Below, one piece after another: positions 11,394 to 24,090 of a stretch of 64,000 bases of DNA (its first letter is position 1; the number at the start of each line of letters is the position of its first letter). The DNA is from Eledone cirrhosa (lineage: Eukaryota). The position numbers and the translations under genes are program-made. A model generated the notes under the pieces. It was not told the DNA's origin. It made no database searches and saw nothing but the letters and a program-made list of their open reading frames with translations. Location of the stretch: assembly GCA_964016885.1 (NCBI GenBank), contig OZ024743.1, positions 21,824,001 to 21,888,000 on the forward strand, read 5' to 3'.

Positions 11394-14058
11394 AATGAGG
11401 TCAAAGTTAAAGTAAGTTGATTTATCCGAAAACTTAGATATGCTATTGTTACAAAGCAAACTAACAATTTTTTTCATTTGTAGTTGCAGTCTGACTGGAC
11501 TGGAAACCATCTACTACAATTCACTTACTCATTTGTTGTATATATTTTACCATTTACTAATAAATATACCCTCCCACGTGGTCATGAAAACCCTCTTCCG
11601 TGGTCTCTAAGCTCACAAACCAGAGGGGACATCAAGTTAGATATCAACATTTATTCTGTCTGTTTCATTAAAGGGAATATTGGAAAGCTTTGAAATGATA
11701 TAATTGCCACTTTCTTCCAGATAAGAGCACTCTTTGGATAGAGTTGCTCTTGTATAAATGTTCAAAATAGCTGGTATCACCTGGTGGGAATATAACAAAT
11801 TCAACTGGTCCTTATTCATAAAAAAGAACATTTATGTTCCTTTTTTTGAAATTTATATATTTCCTTTCAAGGAATGTATTTATACTTTCAGCTGCCTGCA
11901 ATGGTATCTTTGGAATATTGTTAATCAATTTTTTAGTAATCTACAGATATCAAAATCAGTAGTATATTGAAAAATGGAAAAATAGGGTAGGGGGGCGTTT
12001 CGTGATTTCGAGGGAGAAAAGGGGGCATTTCGTGATTTCGAGGGAGAAAAGGGGGCGTTTAGCTTAAATGGGTTGAGAACCTGGGCTCTAGAATATGGTG
12101 ATGGCCCAGTTCAATGACTCTATCCAGAAAAATAATAATTTCTAATTTATGTACAAGGCCAGCAATTTGGGAGAGGGTATGTTCAATCAAATTTACCCAA
12201 GTACTTGACTGGTATTTTATTTTATCGGCCCCTGAGAGTATTAAAAGTAAAGTTAATCATGGTGTGATTTGAAATCTGAATGTAAAGAGTAGGAGAAAAT
12301 ACTGCAAAGCATTTTAACTGATGCTCTAATGTTGTTAATTCATTGCCCTAAATCTAGTAAAATAGTAAAAGAACATGTGTGTGTGTGAGAGAGAGAGTAA
12401 GAGGTTTGGGTTTATGGCTTATGTAGGCTACCTAGGGAACACAGATGGATGAGACACGAAACCAACAGAAAAATTATTAGTATTGAATAACCAACCATAA
12501 TGAATCAATAGCACTGTTTTGTGTGCAGCCCCTAAAAAGAATGCTTTAACTAAGTCTCTACACCTTGTAAATAAGTGTTGCAAGATGCCATAGAAGCCCA
12601 AACATTTTCTTAAGGTCCTTTACATTTGGTAGAGCTAAGAGGGTTTTGTAGTAGTTTGTTTGAAGCAACATGTAAAGTGTTTTATTAGGTGATCACAATG
12701 GGAATTGGACACTAATTCTTCAAAATATGATAATAAAGATGTTGGATGTTACCTGAAAGGTGTTTATTGGTCCTTATACTATGAGATAAAATACCTTCAG
12801 AGCATTTCCTTAAGGTCTTTTACATTCTCAGTTTAACATCCTCCCACTCAGCCCTAGTCAATTTTGCTTTTCATCATTCTAAGATTGATAAAATAAAGTA
12901 CCAGTTAAGTATGTATGAACCCTTAACTTCTGATGGGTTCATAGGAGTATTGCCATGGCATACAACATCTATTGGGCACCCCTACTTAGCAGAGCCCATC
13001 CTCTTTCTAGGTCACCATTCAAGTACTGTTGTCAATTTAAGCAACTAACTCCTATCCTAAAATCTAGATCCATGTGTGTCAATGCTATAAGTAAATATTG
13101 ACAGATAGTTCATTAGCTAGCAGTGCTGAGTTAAATGACTACATCAAAGGATATTGATGTGTTCAAGGCACATGATGTAAAGCCACAGTTTTCAGTAGAG
13201 CTTCTACAAACCAGTGAGTTAAAGAAACCACTTTACTATATCACTTCTATTTATCATCATTGGTCCTTTTCACACCTTTTTAGATGCCTTATGTTTATTG
13301 ATTTTAATATCTGAATATTTAGCTTATGCTGTTTCCAGTGTTTGTAGATGTTTTAATTAATATAAAAAACATATATATTTTAATTAGCTCTATCTCAAAA
13401 TACTGTGTGCTACTGAGATATTAACAGGCAAAAAATCAGCACAAAGAAACAACAACAGAGAACAAACAATATATTTAATCTCTCATGGATTATACTAGTC
13501 ACACATAGGCCCGAAACTCTTCACAATATATCACAACAAACTACATGTAATACAAAATACCACACAGACCATCAGAAAAATTAAATAAAAAATGCAAGGG
13601 GCAGTTTTTATAGCCAGAAAGCTCTAATTTACTTAGTCCGTTCCATAGAATACACATGATTATCACCATGTAATGTCTATTTCTCATGCTTGCATGGGTT
13701 AGATGGCTGTCATGTGTTGAGGCCAGACCAGTCAGGTACCAGGTCCTACTAGTATGCTTTGATATGGTTTGGTTTCTATGGCTGGATGCCTTTCCACCAC
13801 TTTACAACTTGTACTGGGAACATTTTATTGTGACTCCAGCACTACCACTTTACAGAGTAGACTAGTTGCTTTTCATTGTGGCACCAGCACTGTCACTTTA
13901 CAGAGCTATACAGACTGGATACTAGAGAAAAGGCAAACTCACAGACATTCCACACTACATCACCCCACCATACAATGAACCATTGCATATCAGTGTCACC
14001 ACTAGGTGGAGGCACAGTTTATTCGAAAGAAAGGTTCTATAGATCACATGTCATTTAA

Positions 14059-14210
14059 CCCTTTAGCATTTAAACCAGCCATATCGATCCAGAATTTTCT
14101 CATCACATTCTGTTCAAACCGACCATAATCAGTCACTCATACTTATGTTAAGGTATTGTTCTCAAAATAAATAATCATCAAAATCTCTTAGATTAGATAT
14201 CATGTGAGAT
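14059..14210 (+). mobile_element. piggyBac-like MITE end (same family as 58961-59159)
   Basis: ttaa-ccctttagcatttaaaccagccatatc matches the reverse complement of 59133-59163. Confidence 0.6.
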
Positions 14211-14689
14211 AATTATGTACGGTATAGCCTTTACTGTGAAATAATAAATATAGAGTAATGTAAATAACTGAATACATATGTGCAATATATCTGTTAGATC
14301 AGGGTTGACCATAGTTACACAACAACCAAAACAACAGAAAACATTTTAAATATGTCATTAGTACGAATTAAGACTGCTATATTATTAACTATGTCCCAAA
14401 CATGCTGTTCATATATAAATACACATTTTTTTACTGATTTTCTAATTTTTTTTTTGTTTTTATTTTTTTAATAAACAACAACAAAAAAAACTTGTTTTCA
14501 CATGAGAACTAAAGAAGGTGATGTTAAAAACCTTTTAAATGTATAGCATGAAATGATAAAATGGAATATGAAAGAATTACAGATGAAAGATTAATCCAAC
14601 AGAAGAACAGCAAATAATATCATAGAAATGAACTGAAATATGGGATATTTGCCATGTGAAAAAATACTGCAACTTGCAAACACTCCAAT

Positions 14690-14794
<105 letters not shown>

Positions 14795-15365
14795 TTATGT
14801 ATATATACTCAAATGCATATATGCTCTCTATATGCCTTTTCCTTTTTTTTTTTCACTTAACCTTGAGAAAATTAGAGTTGTAGAGATCTAAGAAGGTTGA
14901 ATCTAATTTTTAGGCTCTGTGCCATATTGCAGGGGCAGAACAAAGACAACAGCTGTATACAGAGGAGGAAGAGGTTTCTCACATTCTCTCTCTCACTACA
15001 CATACACACATGAATGCACACACCAGCCACAAGCACATAATAAACAAAAACATATATTTGGACATGTATATAGAGATGTATGTGTGTTTCTTTTCATTCT
15101 TTTACCGATTTTCAGTCATTGAACTTTGGCCATGCTAGGGCACTGTGTATGTGTGTGTGATTTTGTGTGTATGTGTGCATATGTGTCTGTATGTATATAT
15201 TTGTCTCTCTAACCTCAATGTGAAACCTCATTTCATTCTTCTTAATGTATATATATATATATATATATATGTTATCATCATCATCATTTTACGTCTGCTT
15301 TTCCCTGCTTTCAAGGGTGGGACATGTTGCCATGTGTGTGTGTGTATGTATATGTTGCCATGTGT

Positions 15366-15416
<51 letters not shown>

Positions 15417-15959
15417 AGTGTGTGCATATGCATATTTGTCCCTCAGTTGGTTTCCTTCTTATTCTGAAGTCACTAAACACTAGTCTATGTTAGGTGGTAC
15501 AGTCATCAACAGAGATGAGCTTAATATTCACAAATGTCTATCCCCTTTCCTTATCTATCAAGCTTTTATGTTAACCTGATTGGTTGGTGATCGGGCAGCT
15601 GACTGGTTTCTTGGTTGCCTGAAGTACCTGTTGTAACCAGTAAGGTCATGAGAGTCACAGAACTCCAGCAGCCTTAGACATAGGCTCTATGAATACCATG
15701 GAATTTGCTGTTTTGTTACTCTAAATGTTGCTATAAACAAGCAATGAATCTCTAATAAGGGACCCAAGAATATTGTTTATTTAAATGATTCATAATAAAT
15801 AGCCAAATGTTTCTTTCCCATGAGCTTTTCAAACAAATGATAATTTGTGATAGATGGTTAATTATAGATTTAGGTTTAAATAAAGTTCTAAAAAGACAGT
15901 GAGGGGATAAATCACTTCAAATTTAAGAAAAACTTGGATAATTTTATTAGGTTTCAGTC

Positions 15960-16380
15960 AGTATTGGCCCAGACTATGTCTAATTTAATAGCACTATCTG
16001 GCAAAGTCTTTCAAATCCGGATTTGGACACCATGGCCCACTCAAGTATAGAGTTATTGTTTAAAGAGACATAAACAAATGTGGGAGATGTATCTGGAATT
16101 TCTTGGAGGAATTCATCCAAAACCTTTTTGAATTTCATGGGATCTATTTCTGTTTTTATGGGTTTTAGTGTAATGTTAAAAAGAGGGCAGATAGCATGAA
16201 GCCTAAGCCTTATATATTTTAAAGATGATGCCAACATCATGGGCAATGCTGATGGAATATTTGTCACATCATGCAAATAATGTAGTGCTGATGGTGGCAT
16301 GGGAGAGAGTAAAGTTTGAGTTTTTCTAGCTGAGCCCAATAGTCAAGGCCTGTCATGCTATCTATCCTTTTTGCGATTGA
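15960..16380 (-). mobile_element. CR1/L2-group LINE ORF2 3' end, decayed
   Basis: Frameshifted peptides RIDSMTGLDYWAQLEKLKLYSL and FKKVLDEFLQEIPD...NSIL are typical of CR1/L2-type ORF2 C-termini. Confidence 0.75.
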
Positions 16381-16417
16381 TACACACGTGTGTGTAAACA
16401 TATATATATATATATAA

Positions 16418-16628
16418 TAGTAGAACACTGGTGGGTTATATCCATAGTAGTAGAGCACTCAGTCCATGGGATGAGTTTGGTAGAAGTAGTTCCACAACAG
16501 TTAGGTCGCCATCATTGAGAATAATTGTTTCACCTTATTCGGATCATCATTTTAAACCGAGCTGATGATTTGAATAAGGTGAAAAAATTGTTCTCAGTAA
16601 TGGTGAACTAACAGTTGTGGAACTACTT
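16418..16628. mobile_element. Short fold-back element containing a minimal hammerhead
   Basis: Imperfect ~66-bp inverted arms 16484-16549 and 16563-16628; flanked by (TA)n and (GA)n. Confidence 0.75.
16556..16598 (+). ncRNA. Minimal type-I hammerhead ribozyme (slightly decayed)
   Basis: Consensus of the two arms: ACcGAG-CUGAUGA-UCC-GAAUAA-GGU-GAAAC-AAUU-GUU-CUCAGU. Confidence 0.7.
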
Positions 16629-16675
<47 letters not shown>

Positions 16676-17408
16676 GATGATGGTTTGGTTATATATATAT
16701 ATATACATCCTCAAATACAAGATTAAATTGAAATATTTCAAACTGAAATTATAGTAAACATATTTCAATGTTACATGTTCTATTTTAAGAGCCACCTATG
16801 AACATAAAACAAAGCAAATAAACAAAAGAAAAAGTAATATATATATATATGTATATATATAAAGAATAAAAGAGGTGAAAAGTTATAGAATAAAAAAGTG
16901 CTTTCTCAACAAGATGATTAGTTGCACACGAAATACCTCTTTGCTAATTATAACAAACTACTACACCCCCTCACATGATTTGAAATAGCTCCTACATTTT
17001 TTTTAACAGCCCAACATTTTTACAAGGTCATTATACCTGTCCCCTGTCAAGGATTTTCTGTTCTACTGATTCATTATATTTATATTGTTTACTTATTTAT
17101 TTCTCTAGAAATAGGCTAGAAAAAATACTTTCTGGAGACATCTATAATGCAATATTGTAATATGATAGGTTGAGTGATGATAGCAAGTTTCTAATATTAG
17201 CCTCCATAAAGATAAGTCACCAGTTCTTTTTGCTTTTACTTTTCTTTTTAATCCTTAGGTATAGTGTGTTTATGTGTTTGTTATATGAAGTGTCAGCAAC
17301 AAAACAGCTGAATTTTTAAGGAATGCCAGCATGAAGAGAATCCTTTACCTCCAAAATGTTCATCTAACATTCAATTTCATGTTATCATTTTATGATACAA
17401 ATTCCCTT

Positions 17409-17583
17409 TTAGAGGGTCGGACGCCATGCTTTGACGCATAGAGTTACGGCCCTTGCCATTCTGAGTTCAAATCCCGCCGAGGTTAACTTTGCCTTTCATC
17501 CTTACGGGGTCGATAAAATAAAGTACCAGTAATACACTGGGTAATTGCTGGCCTTGTGCCAAAAGTAGAAACAATTATTATTA
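17409..17583 (+). mobile_element. tRNA-derived SINE, family A (Meta-SINE-like core), 5'-truncated
   Basis: B-box gagttcaaatcc, core gcctttcatccttacggggtcgataaaataaagtaccag, (TTA)n tail; many diverged copies in the window (e.g. ~6080, 8350, 12140, 39830, 58390). Confidence 0.85.
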
Positions 17584-17734
17584 TTTGTTTTAATTGTCAG
17601 AGTTTTAAGAGTATAGGACAAAATGATTTGTGGTATATGTTTTAGCACTCTTTACTGAGTTCAAATGCTGGCAACATCAACTTTGCTTTTGATGAAATAA
17701 AGTACCAATCCAGTCATGACTGTGCTGATGTAAG

Positions 17735-18150
17735 CATGGTTGTGTAGGTGTAAGTTTGTCTATATAAGTGTATGCATGGCTATGGGGTTAAGTTCACTTC
17801 AAAACCATGTAGTTTGGGGCTCAATCCCACTGTGTGGCACCTTGTGCAAGTTTTTTCTATAGCCATGAGCCAAACAAAAGAATGCCTTGTAAGTGAATTT
17901 GACAGATGTAAACTGCAACGAAGACAGCATATATACCAGTGTGTGTGTATGTGTATCCCAGTTTCTATGAATGTCATATCAATACCATGTATAAAATATA
18001 AGTGGTGACATGGTGTATGTCTCCCATAAACAATATGTCCTGCAGTGTAGCAGTTTGATGAACATTTACTGATATATACCAACCTTAGTGTCAAGGGTTG
18101 GTGTCAAGGACATCTGGCCATAGAAACCTGCCACAAATGTTTCATGGCAA
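17735..18150 (+). mobile_element. Old tRNA-derived SINE, family C (octopus-type)
   Basis: ggctcaatcccactgtgtggcaccttgtgcaag core, internal (TG)n, RTE-like 3' part ggttggtgtcaaggacatctggccatagaaac; related copy at ~24640-24810. Confidence 0.6.
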
Positions 18151-19973
18151 AGCAAACATAAAAAGGAGGAGAAGTTTAAGGCTGAGGATTAGTGGAATTC
18201 TTAGAATATATTTGTTTCATCTCTTTATGTTCTGTGGCTCATCTTAATATGTTGTTTCTTATGTGCCGAGTTCAAATCCCACCAAAATCAACTTCGACTT
18301 TCATCCAATCAAGTTTAGAGCAATGGACTGGCTGAACGAGAGCATTGAACATAATTCTTTGTGATATTTTTTCTGGTTCCTTGCAATCTGAATTCAAATA
18401 CCACTGTGGCCTAATTGGGTAGTATACTTAATACATTGTCTAGTCTAAACCTCCAATTGGCTCTTGGGTGCCTTTAGCAAAAAGCCAGAATAAATAACAC
18501 AAAGCATTTTATCTGATGCTCTGGTGCACCTGTGAATTTGCCTTACATTGCCTTATATGTGAGGGAAGCCTGAATGTTCTATCATCTTATTTTCTTATCA
18601 TCTGTCTTTAAATCTGAGCTCATGTTTATCTATACAGCATATGGATATATTTTGATGACAAGCAAATGTGTTCCATTACATATGGAAGACGTTGTGTAGG
18701 ACTAGGTCAAAGCTGATCAAGCAGACATCCAATGATTAAAAGCATCCAGTCTTTTAAATAGCACACCAAGGAGATATGACTGCTATTTTTAGTGGGGCAA
18801 TTGACTGTATGAAGCTCCCACATAGTAGTAACTATAAAGCTGCCACATAGTAGTAACTATAATAGTATAGAGTCTCTTTCTCTCTATAAGTTTCTTTATT
18901 ACTTTTTTGAAAAGCAAATGCAGAACTCAGATTCTGCCAAGAAAGCAAGTGGCATAAAGGCTACAAATTAAGCTGGAATTATAGTTAATTATAAATAAAA
19001 CAAAAAAAAAATAGAAGCTAAATATACAATATTTAAAAGATAAACATTAAGTAGAGCTGAACGTAAAAAAACCCCCAAAATTAAGGACCTGAAGGGATAG
19101 AGATTAAAGTAAAAAGAAGCTAAAAATACAGAAAATTAAATAATTAAATGGAGCTAGAGTAGATACAATACAATGTATGTGTATTACATGTATATACATT
19201 TAGATTTCATTCATAAGATTGTCACAATCCTTTTGTGTTATTAAAACTGATAAGTATCTCTCCACATTTCTAGTTTAGATTGCAATCTTTTTTTCTCCAA
19301 TTTTCTAACACTTTATACTATTAATATAATGAATAGAGATTAATGTCTCAAATCTCAAAATTACTGATTAGCAATCGGATAACATACATATTGCAGTTAA
19401 TATATTTATTCAGGGAAAAATAATAATTTACCAATTTTTAGGTAAATTAGTTTACACACACACATATATATATATTGTATGACCTCTATTGATTGTAATG
19501 ACAAATGTTCCAGTTGTTTAAGCAGAACAGCTAGCTCAATAAATTAATGTACAAGTAGCCTGAGTATTCAACAGACACATGTAACCATAACATAATTCTT
19601 AAGGAGATTCAATGTGTGATAAGACTGGCCATTCGAATTACAGGTACAACTCAATTTTATTCAGTTGAGTGAACTAGAGCATTGTGAAATAAAGTATCTT
19701 TGTGAAGGACAGAATGCACTGATGGGAGACAAAGCTCATGACCTTACAATCGTGAGCCAAACACCTTTACCAATAAGCCATGCACTTACATACACACACA
19801 CATGTTGTAATTAAACATTGGAAAATCAAGTGAGTTGAAATGTTTAGAAATGTAGAAAATCTTGAATGTAGAAAAATAGCTATGAACACAGCTTTAGAAA
19901 AATTTGGTGAAATACCCCTATAGACTGGAAAAGTCTGTGTTCAAGATTTTCTACGTTTCTAAACACAGGTGTA

Positions 19974-20033
<60 letters not shown>

Positions 20034-20117
20034 ATTTTGTATATCTAATGATAAATGGTATGTTTACGAATAAACATTTTGAAAGACTGCAGCAATGAAT
20101 TTTGGAAACTGGTGACA

Positions 20118-20133
20118 TAGCGCCATCTAGCGC
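20118..20133 (-). promoter_or_regulatory. CTCF-like motif
   Basis: Minus strand GCGCTAGATGGCGCTA closely matches the CTCF consensus; retains CpGs in a CpG-poor region; motif match only. Confidence 0.4.
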
Positions 20134-20205
20134 ATTCCAACAGAAACAAAAGGTGGGTAACTGATGACGAAGACATCATCATTTCTGACTCTGGTCATTA
20201 TCGTG

Positions 20206-20422
20206 TTCATCACAGATTATTAATGATAAGATGAGGAAAATTAACGGATGAAAACAAAGCAAAACGAAAAACAATTTTTTAAGGGAAACCTTAAAGAATT
20301 GTTTTTTGATAAAATAAAAGAAAATTACAATAAAAAATAATTTTTCGTTCTGCCTTTTTTTGTTTGTTGTATTGTCCTCTCCATTAATTTTCCTCAGTTT
20401 ATCATTAATAATCTGTGACGAA
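20206..20422. repeat. Imperfect fold-back (MITE-like) with a nested inner hairpin
   Basis: ttcatcacagattattaatgataagatgaggaaaattaacgga / tccattaattttcctcagtttatcattaataatctgtgacgaa; inner aaaacaattttttaagg-gaaa-ccttaaagaattgtttt. Confidence 0.8.
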
Positions 20423-20974
20423 TGTGTTATCTTTTCTCCCCACATATACTTTAGATGGCTTTCATATATATATATAGCTTTAGTGTTACCTGTTGATTGC
20501 AATGCAATCCAGGAGCTATAGAGAGAACACTATGTAACTCTGCAGATTAATCTATATATTTTAGAAAATTTCCAGCTTCACTGAGTGTATACTCATTTCT
20601 CTTAGTTAGGAAATCTTTAATCATTAAAATATATGTAGATTAGCTTCACAATATATACCTGTCTTTGTGTCAGTAAATCAAGGAAAAACATTATGAAAGT
20701 ATGTGTGGTTGATCATGTAGAAGTGGAAGGTATTGATCAGTGAACAATAGAAAATTTATGCTTAGATTTATGGTTTTTAAATAATGATGTGCATTCACTT
20801 ACTTACTATAGCATGCAATTGATTTTTGCAAAGTATTTTAAATGTAGATTTTATTGAAGAAAGATTATAAGTTCAGTCTTACTATGGCATGTAATTGTTT
20901 TTGAAATGTGTGTTGTATACTGATTTTCTTTAAAGGTGGGTTTTATTGATGTGTGTGTGTGTATGTATGTATAT

Positions 20975-21160
20975 ATAATTAAGGAAACAACAAACAGAGG
21001 TACAAGAAGTCTTAGTTTCATGCTTTATATGGAAAAGAATGTTTGATGTGTTGGGATTTAGCCCTTCATCAGAAGTACAAAAATAGAGACAGGCTTGCAA
21101 AGGATAGATACAGATAATAAAATGTAGTCCAAGACAAGTAAAAAAAAAAAACGAAAACAA
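20975..21160 (-). mobile_element. PLE-like terminal remnant with decayed minimal HHR
   Basis: Minus strand CUGAUGA-AGGGC-UAAA-UCCC-aAcAC-aUC at ~21041-21075; bounded by microsatellites. Confidence 0.45.
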
Positions 21161-21180
21161 TGAGTGTGTGTGTGTACATG

Positions 21181-21214
<34 letters not shown>

Positions 21215-21216
<2 letters not shown>

Positions 21217-21518
21217 GTGGCACCTTGGTTCACGAACAATGTTTCTGATAAGAAATCTTGGGTGACGAACAATGTCTCGAGTAAGGAACAAGCAAGCCGG
21301 TAACAATGGGTGACGACAAGCTGGGAGTATCAGCAGGAAAGCATCCCTTGCTGTATAGTTAGTTATTATGGTGATATCTATCTGTCTTTGACACATTCTC
21401 TCTCTCATTGTATTTCTCTCTTAACATTTCATATAGAAAAAATAGCTTTGGTTTACGAACATTTCAGGTGATGGACGGCCTTCAGGATCGACTTAAGTTC
21501 ATGAACCAAGGTTTCTGT
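21215..21518. mobile_element. Tigger-like MITE
   Basis: TIRs cagtggcaccttggttcacgaac / gttcatgaaccaaggtttctg; subterminal acgaac repeats. Confidence 0.75.
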
Positions 21519-21527
21519 CTATGTATA

Positions 21528-21616
21528 TATATTTGAAAAAAGGAAAAGAATGACTTCACTTGTAGTTCTTGTTTAGAATTACAAGTGAAGTCATTCTTTT
21601 CCTTTTTTCAAATATA
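21528..21616. repeat. 42-bp inverted repeat (1 mismatch), 5-nt loop
   Basis: tatatttgaaaaaaggaaaagaatgacttcacttgtagttct / agaattacaagtgaagtcattcttttccttttttcaaatata. Confidence 0.95.
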
Positions 21617-22332
21617 CCTAACTGTACCAAGAATCTCACACATTTTCAAATGTATATATGTATATATGTATATATGTATATATGTGTGTGTGTGTGTGTG
21701 TGTGTTTGTGTATGTATATAGAAAAAATAGAGAGTTAATCTAAAGTGCATTAATAGTACAAAGTAATAATAGTTTCAAGCTCAATGTGTTTATGTCATTA
21801 TAGATAGAAACAGAAATACTTTATGGTTTGCTGAATCTCAGGTCATTGTATAATCATGTATAGTGCTAATGAAGATGTATAATGTTTAATAATGCTTTGT
21901 TATACTCAATATTTTAGCTTTATAATTAAATTGAAATAACCTAAGTATTTATTGACTAAGATGGATTGAAACATTTGTAAAGCTATTAATTGGCTTAAAG
22001 AAAATATAGTGTCATCAAATATTGTTATATATACATATGAACTGAAGGAGAGAGGAGTCCAAGACAAAGAAAATCAAGGGAAACCTGTGTGTATATATAT
22101 ATATACATATATATGTGTGTGTGTATATATACATATATATATATATATAAGTATGTATATACATAATATGTATATATGTATGCATTTATTACTATGATAA
22201 ACTCAAAGTGTTATCAAGACCAGTGACCTATTTTGTTGAAACCCGGCAAATATTACTACACACTTGAAAAGGTTTTCTAAACACACAAGCCAAAACTGCT
22301 TGGCACCGTGGTCAGGATTTTACATCTCCTTC

Positions 22333-22375
<43 letters not shown>

Positions 22376-22505
22376 GTGTTTGTAGATATCATCATGATCA
22401 TAATACACACCCTCATGCTAGTGTGGAAAAGGGGATGTTAAACAGTGATGATGATCACATATATATATATATATATACACACACACAACAGGAACGCGAA
22501 CAAAA

Positions 22506-22547
<42 letters not shown>

Positions 22548-22957
22548 AATGCAGACTAAGTGGAAGAAAACTTTGCAATACCTGTAGATATCTTTGAAAT
22601 TACAGTTATACACTCAGTCACATAATTCTATATGCGTATGCATGTGTATGCATGTGGGTATTCATGTAATATGATATGATGTGGTGTGATTTAGTGGATG
22701 TTAGATACTGGCTAAAAAGATGTGAGGTAAATTGAGAATAGAGAGTAACCATTGTAGAAGCAGAGTAAGAAAGATGTAGGCAATGTAAGAGATGACTAGC
22801 ACAAATTTAAGAATGCTATGCTTCACAAACGAGATGCTTTATTGCATGTCTATCAAATTATAAGTCAGCACAGGAAAACGGATGCTAAAATAATCATGAT
22901 GAATGTGTGTATACATGCGTATGTTCAAAACTGAGTGTGTGTGTGTTTGTTTGTGTG

Positions 22958-23006
<49 letters not shown>

Positions 23007-23094
23007 TTTATACATATATATATACACACACACACACACATTATATATATATATGTATACAAACAAACACAGACATTCACATTATGAGTGTATG

Positions 23095-23128
<34 letters not shown>

Positions 23129-23448
23129 TACATTTGAGTGTGTATGTGTGTGTTCTTTATACTTGTTTAGTATGTGATATTCCTCCTCAATGAATGGTAG
23201 ACACTATAAAACTTGAAATAGTGACAGAGTTCGAATTAATAAATAATTTTTACATCTCACGAATACATCCCTCCCACACATATATATATAAATATACACA
23301 CATATATAAATATATATATCATCATCATCATCATTTTACGTCCACTTTTCCCTGCTTGTATATGAATATGTGTATATATATATATATAAATATAGATTTT
23401 GAGTTTATGTTGGTTGTATATGTACTTGTCTATACCATACTAATTCAA

Positions 23449-23503
23449 ACTGCCTGAAGAGGTCACAGCCAAAGATGGCTGTCACTGAAATATATATAGC
23501 AGT
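23449..23503 (+). ncRNA. Type-I hammerhead ribozyme with complete core
   Basis: ACUGC-CUGAAGA-GGUcACAGCC-aaagau-GGCUGUcACU-GAAA-UAUAUA-UA-GCAGU; 5-bp helix I, ~9-bp helix II, palindromic helix III, then AATAAA and a TA tract. Confidence 0.8.
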
Positions 23504-23554
23504 AATAAACAAAGCTAAATTTTAATCATTTGACTTTTATTTAACTTTATTTTA

Positions 23555-24090
23555 TATATAAATATATATATGTATGTATATATGTATAAGTATGTGTATG
23601 TATGTATATGTATGTATATATGTATGTATATCTATATATATATTTATGTGTGTATATATACATGTATATACATTTATGTATGTATGCATATATATATATA
23701 TATGTATATCTATATATATATTTATGTGTGTATATATACATGTATATACATTTATGTATGTATGCATATATATATATATATGTATATCTATATATATATT
23801 TATGTGTGTATATATACATGTATATACATTTATGTATGTATGCATATATATATATATATCTATATATATATTTATGTGTGTATATAAACATGTATATACA
23901 TTTATGTATGTATGCATATATATATATATATATATACTCTGTTTAATTTAAATGTATGTATATATATATACACATACATACATACATTTATAAGTACATG
24001 TACACATTATTATATATATATATATATATACACATATATACATACATTTATAAGTACATGTACACATTATTATATATACACATATATACA
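23555..24090. repeat. Microsatellite-derived minisatellite (~78-bp unit x4, plus a ~60-bp duplication)
   Basis: Repeated tatatctatatatatatttatgtgtgtatatatacatgtatatacatttatgtatgtatgca. Confidence 0.9.

Larger units (their letters stand above)
9351..12085 (+). mobile_element. hAT DNA transposon, Buster/Charlie group, defective
   Basis: TIRs caaaggttctcaac (9351) and gttgagaacctggg (12072-12085); exact 8-bp TSD CTCTAGAA (9343-9350, 12086-12093) with the central TA typical of Buster elements; G-rich subterminal repeats. Confidence 0.95.
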
